Source: Rhynchopus sp. YZ270_cl-10 (lineage: Eukaryota). Taken from it: a DNA stretch of 64,000 bases. Positions 33,695-45,550 of the stretch are shown piece by piece; positions within the stretch are counted from its first letter, which is position 1, and every line of letters starts with the position of its first letter. Below the pieces are notes generated by a model. It was given only the letters and a program-made list of their open reading frames with translations, did no database searches and was not told where the DNA came from. The stretch is from the NCBI GenBank assembly GCA_964035575.1, contig OZ037843.1:372001-436000 (forward strand), given 5' to 3'. Position numbers and translations under genes: made by a program.

Positions 33695-34221
33695 GGCTAT
33701 TGTTGTTGAGTATTCTTCTTGGTGGGGTTAAAGAGAGAGAGGAGAGAGGGAGGGGGATTGAATGGGTTGTTATGAAGTTTTTGTTATGTTTGCTTTGTGT
33801 GCTTGCTTTGTTTTTTTTTTGTTTTGTAACATGTTTGCTTTTGTTTGTTTTTTCTCTTTTTTGTTTTTTTGTTTTTTGTTGGAGGTGTTTGTCTTTGTTG
33901 ATTCAGTAATGTTTTCCTTAGTTATGTAGACATCAAGTCACAGAGAAAGGGTGCGTTACTTTGTAAGACTACGACTTATTCACGATCTCTGAGCTAAGAA
34001 GATTTAAACAGAAAGGGAAACCCGCATTTGAGGAACTCACAATGCGTCAAAAGAAAAGTGAAGTTATTAATGCAGGCACCTCCGACTGACAGGCGAGAGT
34101 CATTCACCACCTGGGAGCGATTGTGATTAGGGTACGTCTGTGCAGACAGACTTTTTGTGAAGGTGTAAAGTAAAGTCTTTGGGATTTGCATTGAGTGACT
34201 GTAAAGCCACTTCGCACAAAC

Positions 34222-37200
34222 CAGGGCTTCCCACAGGGGGGACCAGGGGGGACCAGTGGTCCCCCTGGGAGAAAAAAAAAAAAATAAGGGGGGACCAGGG
34301 GGGACCAGCCTGCCCTTGAGTGTTCCGAGGCTGCCTGTTAGGAATTTTCCACATTTTTTTTAATTTTCCCTACCCTCCCGTCCCCGCGCATCCAAATACA
34401 GGCAACTAACAGGGGGAAAAAAAAGATGGCACCAAAAAAGTCCACCGGACCAAGACAGGTTTCCATAATGGAATTTGCAAAGCGACCGGCGGAGTCCCAG
34501 ATATCGTCTCAGGCCCCGAAGAGGCAGAAAATAACGGTTGCAAAGAACCACGAGTATGCCACATGGGACGTGGTCGCAGCCCGTGAGCAGGCCGCGGTGA
34601 GGAAGGTTGTGCTGGACGAAAACGCAACTGCTGAAGATATTGTTCAAGAAATAAAAAAACACGACTTCAACCGCTACTACAACACGTGGACTGGGGAAGA
34701 GACTAAGGTTCAAGTGGCACTTCGTGGAATGTCGTGGAAGATCTCGGGGATGGGCTACGAGAAGAAGGACGCAGTGATCCAGCGAGTAAAGGAAAGAGAC
34801 GAGAACGATCGCAGGGCAAGGGAAACACCCCCACCTGAACCTCTTCCGGAAGTGACGGCAGCCTTGTCGAATACCAACGTCCCCCCTTCATCAGCTCCTC
34901 CTTCTTCGAAGGCTGCACCGAAACCGGCCGCAAAAAAGTACCACACCGTTCTCACTCCGAAGGCAAAATCCCGTCAGCAGGGGGGTACGAAGGATGCGGA
35001 CTTGTGGGTGCTGGACAACCAGGAGGAACCGGAGGGGGGAGCCGACTGGAAGTTCGAAATCCCCTACCCCCACATTCCAAGAAAGAAGCCTCAGAAGAAC
35101 TGCGAAGAGAAAAAAAAGGGTGTGGAGCCCGAGGCAGATGACAGAGACGTGTGCGACGGAGTGGTGTCATTCCTAGCAGGGAACCCCTTGGAGTGCGAAG
35201 ATGTTGCGGTCGTCGACGAGGATGGCAACGTAAAGGACAACAACGAGAACAACACCAACACCAACGAGGACGAGGACGACGACGACGAGGATGACGACGA
35301 GGAGGATGACAACAACGAGAACGAGAACGACATGGCAGACAGCGAGAGCTCAGAAGAACCCACGGAATACAACACCCCCAATAAGTTGGCATTCTCTGAG
35401 CAGCAAAGGTTCCTGAACGCCGCTGATAAGTACGAGTGGGTCTTCGCATCAAAGAGAGGGTACTGGTGCAGGTTGTGCAAGAAGCATCTTGCGCTGGCTA
35501 TCAGCGCGAAGCGTCCTGATGCAGATGGCTCGTTTTTCGAAGTCCCATGTTGTGATGTGACACGAATCACAAAAAAGAAGTGTCCTGAACACGCGAAAAC
35601 TGCGAGCCACGTGGCAGCTGTGGAGGCAGAGAGGACACGGAACAGCGGGACCGGGATGATTGTAAAGACATCCAAAGCGCATCAGAGCATGAACCGGCGT
35701 CAGCTGCTGAAGCTCACAGCCAATTTGTACTGGTTGGTGAAGCGAGGGGTGAGCCACAGCACCAATTACGCCAGCCTCGCACAGCACTCGGCAAGGTGGG
35801 ACGCCGACCTGAAGGCCTTCATTGAAACGAAGAACGCTTCCTACACTAGCAGGCGGACAATGCAGGAGCTTCTGGACGCGATTAACACCGAGCTGCAGTT
35901 TCGCATCGAGTCCCGCGTGCGACAAAGTAAGTACATTACTGTGCTTGCTGATGAGACGCAAGAGATCTGCCGTCGCTCTGAATTGTCGGTGTACATACGT
36001 GGCGTTGATGGCAAAGGCGAGAGCTTCGAGCATTTTTGGGGTATCGCACCGTTGACAGATGGGAAGGGTGCGGCAGGTGTGTACACCGACATTGCAGAGA
36101 GAGTGTCCTACATGGACGTGCACCGTGCGAGAGGGGTACCGCTGGAGACGGACGAGCAGCCACCCGCCCGCGAGATGATTGGCGGGAAGAAGATTGTTGG
36201 TGTTGGGTTCGATGGAACCAACACGATGTCGGGTGGGTTTTCTGGTGTGCAGACGAGGTTTAAGTATTTTCAAAATATTTATATTATCTACGTCTGGTGC
36301 AGAAACCACCAGCTGAACCTCTCTCTGCAGTGGGCTGGGCAGAGCCATGTTGACGTGATGAGTGCGATCAACAGCCAGCGCGACATCTACTGGTACGTTC
36401 GCAGTTCCGGTGAACGAGTCTTGGCCGTGTCCAACGCCTGCAACCAGCTCAAGCAGGTAGTGGAGTGGCTGAACCTGCCAGACCTGCAGCTGGAGAAGGG
36501 GGCCGACACCCGTTGGCTCACCAACGAGAAAGGGTGCACGACGCTGCTGAACACCCTCCCCTCCATCCACCACGCCCTCAGCCAGATCCACCAGCAGGAC
36601 GGCGATGCCATCACCAGGGGACTGTTGGAAACGCTGGAGTCGCCGAGGTTCGTTGCGGCAAACTTCCTCCTCGCCAGCGTCTTCATCGTGATGAAGCCGC
36701 TGAACCTGAAGTTGCAAGAATCTTGTGCTGGATTGGTCATGATTCCTGACCTGCTGAAGTCCACACAGGAATCACTCGAGCGACTCGCGGAAGGTGTGGA
36801 GAACGGTGCAGAGTACAAGTATCTTCAATGGACTACGTACTACAACACTGTTGTGGCTCGCTTGTCGGGGAAGAAGGTCTGTCCGGAAGCTTTTCTTCGG
36901 TTTCACGAAACCACCACTAGAAGCTACGTGAAAGATCTAATCGCACAGCTTACCGCAAGGTTTTGTGATTCCGCAATATTCACAAACATCGCAGTACTGG
37001 ATCCGCAGCGAGACTTCGGTGACAAGCCCGATGAAGACGAAGCCTTAATACACAACCTTACTCACTTCTTCTGCACCAAGCGGTCCCAGAAACTAGATGG
37101 TTATCCGGAAACGAAGAGCTACGACCCCCCTTACAACGATCATGACAAGCAAACAATACGGTTCCAGCTTACCTTGCTCCTCACAAAAATAAGGCAACAG

Positions 37201-37998
37201 CGGGAAGCAAGCGCGAACCCTGCGAAGTACACGTTCTCAGATGCTGTGCGTTATGCAGTTGCGTGCCATTCGTTGACGTTGCCCAAAGCAGTTGATTTCC
37301 TTCTTCGTGTCGCATGCTTGCCTGGTAGTACGGCTGTGGTGGAGCGTGCATTTTCAGTTTTGAAACTGGTACTGACGCGTCTCAGGGCCAGCATGCTGAT
37401 CACGACGTTAGATGCCCTCATGAGGATAAAAATTGAGGGACCTCAGGTGCCTTCTCTTCCGTTTTTGAACAGCGTTGTCGATCGATTCATCAAAGCGGCA
37501 CCAAAGACAGGAAGACGCCGCGATTTTGGTACTGTAGCATGAGAGAATTTTATTGTATGGATCAGTTTTATGTGTGCAGCCTTTGACCCTTTTCGTGTGT
37601 CGTCATCGAGCTATGTTGCATTGCGGTTCCCCCACCCCACCCCATCAGTGTAAACAAAATTGAGAAAAGGATCCCCCCCCGTTCACTACTTTCTTCAGAG
37701 CAGGAAACTGCTTTTTCTTTTTACCTTTCTTTTTTCCAGCGTTTTTGGCGACATAGTGCCTGAAAAAGACCAGAAACTAAGTTTCAGCTTCAATTTTTTG
37801 CAAATAACCCCCCACTACGTTCTTCAGAGAAGTAGTCAGTGGGAGCGTCCGTAGTGCGTAAAGGCGCGTAACGTAACGTAGAGTCAGCGTTAATGCTACA
37901 TACCACACACAACAAGGCGCGAAAAAAAAATTTTTTTTCACCTTTTTTTGGCTGGTCCCCCTGGGAGGCCAAAACCCCAGATCCTGCGGGAAGCCCTG
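34222..37998 (+). mobile_element. Autonomous hAT-superfamily transposon, 3777 bp, 16-bp TIR, 5-bp TSD
   Basis: CAAAC|CAGGGCTTCCCACAGG ... CCTGCGGGAAGCCCTG|CAAAC. Subterminal GGGGGACCA repeats. Empty sites at ~26140, ~47410 and ~54960. Confidence 0.93.
34426..37542 (+). CDS. hAT transposase (Tip100/ZNF862-like), 1038 aa, intact
   Basis: TTF-like zinc finger WCRLC...EHAKTASH; catalytic D (LADET), D (FDGTNTMSG), CxxH (CRNH), TRW, E (STAVVERAFS); C-terminal hAT dimerisation-like region; acidic tract. Confidence 0.93.
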   Translation: MAPKKSTGPRQVSIMEFAKRPAESQISSQAPKRQKITVAKNHEYATWDVVAAREQAAVRKVVLDENATAEDIVQEIKKHDFNRYYNTWTGEETKVQVALRGMSWKISGMGYEKKDAVIQRVKERDENDRRARETPPPEPLPEVTAALSNTNVPPSSAPPSSKAAPKPAAKKYHTVLTPKAKSRQQGGTKDADLWVLDNQEEPEGGADWKFEIPYPHIPRKKPQKNCEEKKKGVEPEADDRDVCDGVVSFLAGNPLECEDVAVVDEDGNVKDNNENNTNTNEDEDDDDEDDDEEDDNNENENDMADSESSEEPTEYNTPNKLAFSEQQRFLNAADKYEWVFASKRGYWCRLCKKHLALAISAKRPDADGSFFEVPCCDVTRITKKKCPEHAKTASHVAAVEAERTRNSGTGMIVKTSKAHQSMNRRQLLKLTANLYWLVKRGVSHSTNYASLAQHSARWDADLKAFIETKNASYTSRRTMQELLDAINTELQFRIESRVRQSKYITVLADETQEICRRSELSVYIRGVDGKGESFEHFWGIAPLTDGKGAAGVYTDIAERVSYMDVHRARGVPLETDEQPPAREMIGGKKIVGVGFDGTNTMSGGFSGVQTRFKYFQNIYIIYVWCRNHQLNLSLQWAGQSHVDVMSAINSQRDIYWYVRSSGERVLAVSNACNQLKQVVEWLNLPDLQLEKGADTRWLTNEKGCTTLLNTLPSIHHALSQIHQQDGDAITRGLLETLESPRFVAANFLLASVFIVMKPLNLKLQESCAGLVMIPDLLKSTQESLERLAEGVENGAEYKYLQWTTYYNTVVARLSGKKVCPEAFLRFHETTTRSYVKDLIAQLTARFCDSAIFTNIAVLDPQRDFGDKPDEDEALIHNLTHFFCTKRSQKLDGYPETKSYDPPYNDHDKQTIRFQLTLLLTKIRQQREASANPAKYTFSDAVRYAVACHSLTLPKAVDFLLRVACLPGSTAVVERAFSVLKLVLTRLRASMLITTLDALMRIKIEGPQVPSLPFLNSVVDRFIKAAPKTGRRRDFGTVA

Positions 37999-38461
37999 CA
38001 AACAATAAAAAAATATCAGAATTAATGAAGAATAACAACAAAACTCTTGAGAGCAGGACACCCTGCAGCACTGCCACAGTGCCACATCCGTGCGGAACGC
38101 TCTCAACAGGAGTGACACTGCGGCTCTCACACGACCCTGCAGGGCGTGTCAGATGCAGAGGACCACTGATCCGTGTGGGTGCAATCGTGCATCCCCACAT
38201 CTCAAGGCAAACTAAAGTACAAAAACAAATTAAGATTAAACGGAAACACCACCCAAAACAATACAACAAGAATACAGTGCATCTGAGGTGTGTACTGGCG
38301 CTTCATGGAGACGAAACACACACGACACAAACATAAGTGCACATGAATGTGCACTGGTGCACCGCTTCATACCGAAGGGGCAAGACGAAACACACACGAC
38401 ATAAAAAAAAGTTGAAATGAATGTGAAAACATTACGCTGCACAGAACAATAAAACACAAAC

Positions 38462-41071
38462 TCAGTGCAGATCCACAACGTACGGTGCATAAGCCTTCTC
38501 CCGCACATATCCCATAAGCTCTTCGTAAGGTGTGCGTTGGTCCTGAGCGACGCTGTCCAGCAGAGAAGACGCCTTCTCAAAGTCTTGTTTGATGATGTGC
38601 TCGAAGACCTCGTTCCACAGTGCGTGCGGGTTGTTTGAGGACGACTCCAGCTGGTACATCCACTCCTCGTTTTCGCTGCTGCACAGACCCTTCACAGCAA
38701 ACACAGTCTGCACCTTGTCACTCAACTTCTCGTACAGCACAGCACCTGCACAACGGAGCACCACCTGTCCCTCAGCCTCACGTGACACGTTGCGGTCAAT
38801 GACGCCAGGCAGGTTGTGCTTCTTGTTCCAACGCTCAAGCACAACCACCCACGACATGGACTGCGAAAGAATCGACACCTTTTTCATCCCGTTGCAACCC
38901 ATGTTCCCGACACGTGCCTCGCCTGTCGTGCATCCATACGAGATCTTGTGCACATCGCCAAGTTCTGATGCTACTTCGTGTGCAGCCTTCACACAGGCAA
39001 CACCGTGCGACGACTTCGGAACAAAGGCGTTGAAGGTGGCAAGCATCTTGTCGCCAGAAAACGTGTCACACACACCCTTGTTGTGCTGCACTGCTGTCAG
39101 CATCCTCTCAATCACACCTGCGTGTGCGGAGAGCACCTCTGCGTCCTTGTGCCTCTTGCAGAAGGCGTGCCACGACACGACGTTCATGTGTGCCAGCGAC
39201 ACCTTCTTCTTCTTCATCCCTTCCACACGCAGCAGTGCCTTCTGGTTCTGCACAACGACGGAGCTAGAACTCGCACGCGAGCGGGACACGCCTGACTGCG
39301 ACATCGTCTCCCGTGAGGACTTTGTCATGGATATTTCCTCTTTGTCACTGTCGTTGACAAGCACACTCTGCGGCATGTAGTTTCGGTACTCCACCAGGTT
39401 CGCCACCATGGTAACAAAGCTGCGCTGCATCATCCCCACTTCACTCAGCTGCGACACTGCCCGTTTTGTGTCCACAGCCTCCAAGTCCATCACAGCCACA
39501 CTTGCCATCTCACTCCCAAGCTTCAGCAGAGGTGACGTGATGTAACGTGTGAACACAACAGCAATGGCAAGAAGTCCGATGACCGCAACAGCCGTCACAA
39601 TCACCATCACAGTCACCGCATCCTCCTTCTGTGCGTCTGCAGAGGACAGATCTGATGCCACCTTCGCACGGATTGCATTCGTCGACGCATCAATCGTATC
39701 CATCACAGATGTCCTCGGCACAAGAAGGGTTGAATACCAGAAGATCGTTCTGTGTTCAATTGTCGACGTGATTGTCCAGAACTCCGTGCCGTTCGAGTCA
39801 GACCACTTCAGGAAGGCGTCCTCTGTCTTCTCCACAAGGTCTTTGTAATTCTGCGGGTGTGTGAACACAAACCGCCCGTGCTCTGCAATCACTGAGGGGA
39901 TGTGCGACGTCGCGTCTTCCATCGAGTGGTTCGTGATGTTGATGCTGTATGCAAGGTATGACAGGACGCCAACCTGGCTAATTTGCTCTATCATCTGCAG
40001 CTCCCGTCCTCTGTTGTACGCAACAAGTGTCCCCACTGCACCAGATACACGGTCGTCCTCCACCAGGTACAGCGACGTGCCCTTCGGGAGCAGCTGTGCA
40101 CGCACCACGTCAGTTACCCCATGCGCAGTCACACCGGCGTTTACAACACCCACACGCTTGCCCTGCTTGGGGTACATCGTGTACATATCTGGGTGGGTGA
40201 AGGTGTAGCTGATCTCCCACGCCATGTGGTCCCATCGGACCAGAGCGGGTGAGTAGACAAGCGTCTCGGCAGGGTGCAGTGGTGGCTCGTCGGCACCCAA
40301 GAAGTGGAGCTCACGTCCACGGGAGAAATAGGGATCGGAACCCGGGTATTCAAAAAACTTTACGGGATAGATGCACACTCCCTTTACCTCGCCTTTGTTG
40401 TAGTCTGGCATGTGGTTGCACGGCTCTGAAGGGTACTTCAAGGCTCCCAGGTCGTCCGCATCGGAAAAGGTGACCATGTCCGAGTGCCCTCGCTGCTTTG
40501 TCACCGCGTCTAACAGTTCAAATACATAGAAAACCTTCGTGCCGTTCGTCGGCGCAATACCGGCCGTTGGACTGATCTCTACGAACGAGAACCGCGAGCC
40601 CCACCCTGCGAACGGTTCCCACCTCTTCCACGGAACAGGATGCACCGCACTCCACGGGTACGCTTCGAAGCCTATGAAGCCAACGCCAGAGTTCATTCCA
40701 GCCTGAAAAGCAGACATGACTGCAGGACGCATTATTGTGCGAGAAAAGTCGGGCCCCGTGGTGACGTTTGGGTGGTGTGCCTTCGCCAGTTTGACCATAG
40801 ACATCACCAACTGCTCAGGCACCTTCAGGTACTCCTTCACTGCCGTGTCCACGTTGCCAAGAACAGAGCGCAGGTAGCGTGCCGAGACCGTTTCGATGTC
40901 CGCCGTACCACTGTCGAGACACATCCCGAAGCCCTCGTCACCTGTGTCACGTGCCTTCTCCAGAAGGTCGTCCCATGTTGACAGAGTGAAGCCACCGATG
41001 ATCGCACCTGTCGACAGAATCAGCACCACACACAGCAGTATTGTCAGCGACTGGATGCCACATGCCACCAT
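38462..41071 (-). CDS. Receptor-type cyclase-like protein A2, 869 aa
   Basis: Paralogue of A1 with the same architecture; intact ORF. Confidence 0.85.
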   Translation of the reverse strand: MVACGIQSLTILLCVVLILSTGAIIGGFTLSTWDDLLEKARDTGDEGFGMCLDSGTADIETVSARYLRSVLGNVDTAVKEYLKVPEQLVMSMVKLAKAHHPNVTTGPDFSRTIMRPAVMSAFQAGMNSGVGFIGFEAYPWSAVHPVPWKRWEPFAGWGSRFSFVEISPTAGIAPTNGTKVFYVFELLDAVTKQRGHSDMVTFSDADDLGALKYPSEPCNHMPDYNKGEVKGVCIYPVKFFEYPGSDPYFSRGRELHFLGADEPPLHPAETLVYSPALVRWDHMAWEISYTFTHPDMYTMYPKQGKRVGVVNAGVTAHGVTDVVRAQLLPKGTSLYLVEDDRVSGAVGTLVAYNRGRELQMIEQISQVGVLSYLAYSINITNHSMEDATSHIPSVIAEHGRFVFTHPQNYKDLVEKTEDAFLKWSDSNGTEFWTITSTIEHRTIFWYSTLLVPRTSVMDTIDASTNAIRAKVASDLSSADAQKEDAVTVMVIVTAVAVIGLLAIAVVFTRYITSPLLKLGSEMASVAVMDLEAVDTKRAVSQLSEVGMMQRSFVTMVANLVEYRNYMPQSVLVNDSDKEEISMTKSSRETMSQSGVSRSRASSSSVVVQNQKALLRVEGMKKKKVSLAHMNVVSWHAFCKRHKDAEVLSAHAGVIERMLTAVQHNKGVCDTFSGDKMLATFNAFVPKSSHGVACVKAAHEVASELGDVHKISYGCTTGEARVGNMGCNGMKKVSILSQSMSWVVVLERWNKKHNLPGVIDRNVSREAEGQVVLRCAGAVLYEKLSDKVQTVFAVKGLCSSENEEWMYQLESSSNNPHALWNEVFEHIIKQDFEKASSLLDSVAQDQRTPYEELMGYVREKAYAPYVVDLH

Positions 41072-41970
41072 TGTTCTGTGTACAGAAAGGGGAGAGAGTA
41101 TCTGAGGATGTGTGGTGTGGTGGATACCTTGTGAGGGTAACTCTTGTGCAGAACATAGCTATTGTGTGGTGTGGGGCGGGGGTAGCAGGTCCTACCCCAT
41201 AGAAAAATTTATCCATTTTTTTTTCTTTAAATTTTACTGTGAACTCTGTTCCAGGGTGTTTGCTTTGTTGTTGTTTTGTTTTGTCCCGATATAGACCAGT
41301 GCATAACACCTTGTTGCCTTCTCTGACTCCATGAATGGAACGGGATTCCAGAATACCGGGGCGGCTGCCCTGCTTACCGGTGCGTTGCTGGCTTGTGACG
41401 CAAATAAAAATAAAGGTAAAAATAAAATCAATCTGGGGGCTTATGCGTTGAGCGCATCTGACTCAAAACGCACGTCGTTAAACAGCAGGGTGGGTCTGCG
41501 GGGAGCTCCACCAGCTGGGACGCATCGGTCGGGTCTAACACCGCCGGTCGGTCGACGTATACTTCCTAACCGGTGCGTTGCTGGCTTCGTAAAAGTGGAA
41601 AAAAAAATTGACATTCGAGAATAGAGGGTCATATGCAGCGACGGCCCTGTAGGTCGCGTGCACTCTGTATTCGGCAGGGTGTTAAGCCACGTCAGGGCCG
41701 TCGCTGCATGGGGTCCGCGGGGATGCGGAACCTATATTTTTTTTCTCTAGTTCACGTAGGAAACTTCAAATCAGACGCGGCACCGTGGGTGGGTGCCTGC
41801 GTGTCTGGGGCTGGTTTTTTTCACGTACACGTACACAGTACACTTCTTTGTACGTGTTGTCGCGTCATCGGAGTGTTCTGAACCGCCCAGAGAGAGAGGT
41901 CTGGCCACTCAGACTTTTATATAGGGGGTCAGAACTGAGGGCAATCCTCAGTTATTGGAAAAAAAAAAAA

Positions 41971-44205
41971 GAGAAAAGTTCGATTTCGGCCTCGAAAATA
42001 CCCGTGACACCGATTTGTCACGGTACTTTGTCACGGAATTTTTTTGAAAGATTCGATTTCGTGACAAAAAAAAATCGATTTCGTGACAAGCCGATTTTTT
42101 CATTGACACACAAAATTCAATTTAGTGACAAATGACTTTTTTCATTGACAAAAAAAAATTCGATTTCGTGACAAATCCATTTTTTCATTGACAAAAAAAT
42201 GTCATTGAAAAAAATGGAATTTGTCAAGGAAAAAGTCGTGACAGCCAACCCGCCAGTCACTGAAAAGTGACCAGACAGCCACTTGACAAACACAAAAGAG
42301 GCCATTCTTGAGCTGTCTAGAAACCGAAGGGCAGAGACTGAAGACACAAGGTATGATAACTTTATGATTATGCAAGACTTAGTATATCGCGAACACGGTC
42401 AGGCTTGCACGCCTCTGGCCAGAGGCCAGCCCCACTAAATGATATGCAGCAGACACTCATTGCAGATTTCATTTTCATTCGGTAAAAAATTAATGGGTGC
42501 GCACGTTTCTATACCTAATACCCCAACCCTCACCCATACATTCCATTACACACACCAAAACAGATCGAATCCACCAGCGCATGCGACGGAAGCAGATTCA
42601 GATTGTGGTTTGATAAGCAGAGTTCGGTTATTATGGTGGTGGAAAGGGGGGTGGGAACACTTTGTCAGTCACTGCTATAGCCATTAACCAGGGAGCATAG
42701 CTAGTGCAAGAAATTCGACTTTGGAAACCTTCCGGAAAGTCTGTCCTCTGCTTCCGGAGGACTAGACACAAGAAAATATTGTTTGTTCCCCCAGAAAACC
42801 AGTGCACAATTCACACTCCTTGTGGGTGGTCTTGTTGCCTTTTCGTCATAGTAATTTTGGCCCAGGCATGTTCTTGAAGCATGACAATTTAGTGTGTATG
42901 GGGCAGGGTGTTGTTTTGTTCTGAATTCTCTTTGTTATAACATCTAAGTCAATCGCGGGTGGTGGTTTGTGTAGCGTGAGGCACTCTTTTTAACAAACTT
43001 CCTGCAGTTGCTATGCACTGTTATTTCTTCGGATTTATCATCATACAGCGTAACATAGTGGATTCGCCTGGTCGACACAACCTTTGATAGATATGGGATA
43101 ACCAACCCCCTTCGACCCCTCGTGGGTTCACTGAACAAGCCCTAGTGGTAGTTAAACGCGATTGACATTTACATTCCTAGAGATGAAAGAACAAGATAAC
43201 ACTTCTGTACCCGCGCATCAAAATTGTGGAAAACTTTGCACCCCAAACACCCTCAACAACGCCCGCCAAAAGGCGCCCCTTGTTGCTGGGAGTTGGTTCT
43301 CATGTTTGATACACTGCACAGCAGGCATTCCTCTGAGTCCAACGCATGTTTGGCCTGTCTGCGGCGTTGTACTTAAGGTGCACGAAGACAGGGTCTGGTG
43401 GTAAATTTTGCGTAGTACTGCGACGTGGTACTACGTGGGTCTGGGAACCTGGTACCTGGGTACAGGATATTTGTTGTCAAAGACATCTTCCACCATGCAT
43501 TGAGGAGGGTAAGACAGTGTTCGCAGTTTCTACCTGATAGCATTACACATTTAACTTCTCCACGGGGGTCTTGGGCCGTTCATTCGGTTATACCTTGACT
43601 ACCGGAAGATATTCTTGAGGCCTTTTTGGTCTCTAGAATATCCGGTCTTCCCGAACGGAGGCACACTTTGTGTGTTACTACGACCTGGCAATTTCCAGCA
43701 GTAGGTTAAGTAATCTTTCTTGTAAATTGTTGGATCATTATCTCCTCAGTGCATGAATGCCCCACGTGACTGGACACTTTTGTGTTTGTCATGTGGAGCT
43801 GTGGTTGCTCTTTCACGACTTTTATCCTTGTATCCAGTGTACCCAGTACCCAGTGCCCTGTCACGACTTTTTCCGTGACAAAAAGTTTGGTTTCCTTGAC
43901 AAAATCCATTTCTGTCACGACTTTTTCCGTGACAAAAAGTTCGGTTTCCTTGACAAAATCCATTTTTTCATTGACATTTTTTTGTCACTGAATTTTTGGA
44001 TTTGTCACGAAATCGAATTTTTTTTTGTCAATGAAAAAATCGGTTTGTCACGAAATCGAATTTTGTGTGTCAATGAAAAAATTGGTTTGTCACGAAATCG
44101 ATTTTTTTTTGTCACGAAATCGAATCTTTCAAAAAAATTCCGTGACAAAATTCCGTGACAAATCGGTGTCACGGTAATTTTCGAGGCCGAAATCGAACTT
44201 TTCTC
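41971..44205. mobile_element. 2235-bp Mutator/foldback-like element, copy 2
   Basis: Matches 20792-23026 at a constant offset of 21179; poly-A flanks. Confidence 0.85.
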
Positions 44206-44237
44206 AAAAAAAAAATTCCCCTTTTCGGACCTTACTA

Positions 44238-44935
44238 CAGGGTTTCCGCCAAGGGGGACCGGGGGGGACCATGGACCCCCCCAATATTTTCCCCAGAAAA
44301 ATCCGGATTTTTACAGGGGTTTGGGGGGGACCATGGTCCCCCCCAAGAAAAATGGGGTTTTGGAGGTTGTAGATGACCCCCCGTGGTCATGCGACCCCAC
44401 CGTGCAGAGCATTTGGCTCGCTGTGCCAGAAGAAGTGGAAGAAAAAGGGGGTGGTGCAAATCTTTTTTAAAAAGGGTAAAAGTAGCGTACCGTGCGCCTG
44501 CGGCGCTGTGTTGCTAGCTATGTGATATTGATATACTTCCATCGATACTTCCGTGCATTGCCCCTTTTTCTAAGGAGGCTTCGGTGCAAGCGACGGGTAG
44601 TTATTACATGTTCCCACTGCAGCACTGTAATGACTGTAGCACCATACAATAGAAAAAGCAAACACCATCACCCTCCACTCTCACAAGACCCCTTACCTTG
44701 TTAACTTCCACCCCCGACCTCCAAACGAACCACCTCTACCAGACAACACAGCTGTGAAGCTTGACATGGCTGCTATCAAACCTGGTGCACCATTCGCCTC
44801 TCTACTCTGTGGCCTGCAGGGAGGCGCGCGCGAAGCGCGCGACGACCGCTTTTGCGGGGAGAAAAAATTTTTTTGGGGGGTCTTTTTGATGGTCCCCCCC
44901 AATTCCTGAAACCCCAAATCCTGGCGGAAACCCTG
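44238..44935. mobile_element. Non-autonomous hAT element with 5-bp TSD
   Basis: TACTA|CAGGGTTTCCGCCAAG ... CCTGGCGGAAACCCTG|TACTA. GGGGGACC subterminal repeats like those of the autonomous element. Confidence 0.88.
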
Positions 44936-44937
44936 TA

Positions 44938-45388
44938 CTACTGGGGGGGGTCGAATAAAGCACGTACGTGTTTTATTAGGCGTCCCTACACTTCAGATCC
45001 TGAGGTTTAAAAAAAAAAAAAAGTTCGAAAAGGCGAATAAAGCACGTACGTGCTTTATTCGCCTTTTTGAACTTTTTGGAAAGTTTTTCCAGTCACAATT
45101 TTTTTTCGATTTTTTTTTCGCCCAAGAGGTGATTTTGCTGCATTTCCGAGCCAATCCCGGCTTGTGGTGGGGGATATACGGAAAAATGGACAAAATTTCA
45201 GCGACTTAAATTTTCACAAAATACGAACTACCTTGTCACAACACAGGAAAAGTTCAAAAAGTCGAATAAAACACGTACGTGCTTTATTCGACGCAAAAAA
45301 AAGCAAAAAACCCATTTTTCAAATGCGTGCTTTATTCGACGTACGTGCTTTATTCGAATTACCTCGTTTATTCGGCCCCCCCCAGTAG
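44938..45388. mobile_element. TA-flanked (Tc1/mariner-like) MITE whose left end was hit by the 44238 element
   Basis: TA|CTACTGGGGGGGGTCGAATAAA ... TTTATTCGGCCCCCCCCAGTAG|TA. Internal CGAATAAAGCACGTACGTG palindromic repeats. Confidence 0.7.
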
Positions 45389-45550
45389 TAAAAAAAAAAT
45401 TTTTTTTTTTGGCGTTTTACTGGCTTAGAACACGACTCGTGACCAGCGGTGAAAATCTTGGGCAGTAAGCCCGGGAAAACCCGGGCTTAATTAATTTTGC
45501 GCAGAGCAAGCCCGGCTTCAGCCTGGGTTTTCCCCGGGTTTTAACTTTTC

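Noticed and set aside
35449..36717. 422-aa minus-strand ORF inside the hAT element
   Set aside because: Antisense shadow of the GC-rich transposase; no recognisable motifs.
34214..38006. Canonical 8-bp TSD for the autonomous hAT
   Set aside because: Left GCACAAAC and right CAAACAAT do not match; empty sites support a duplication of CAAAC only.
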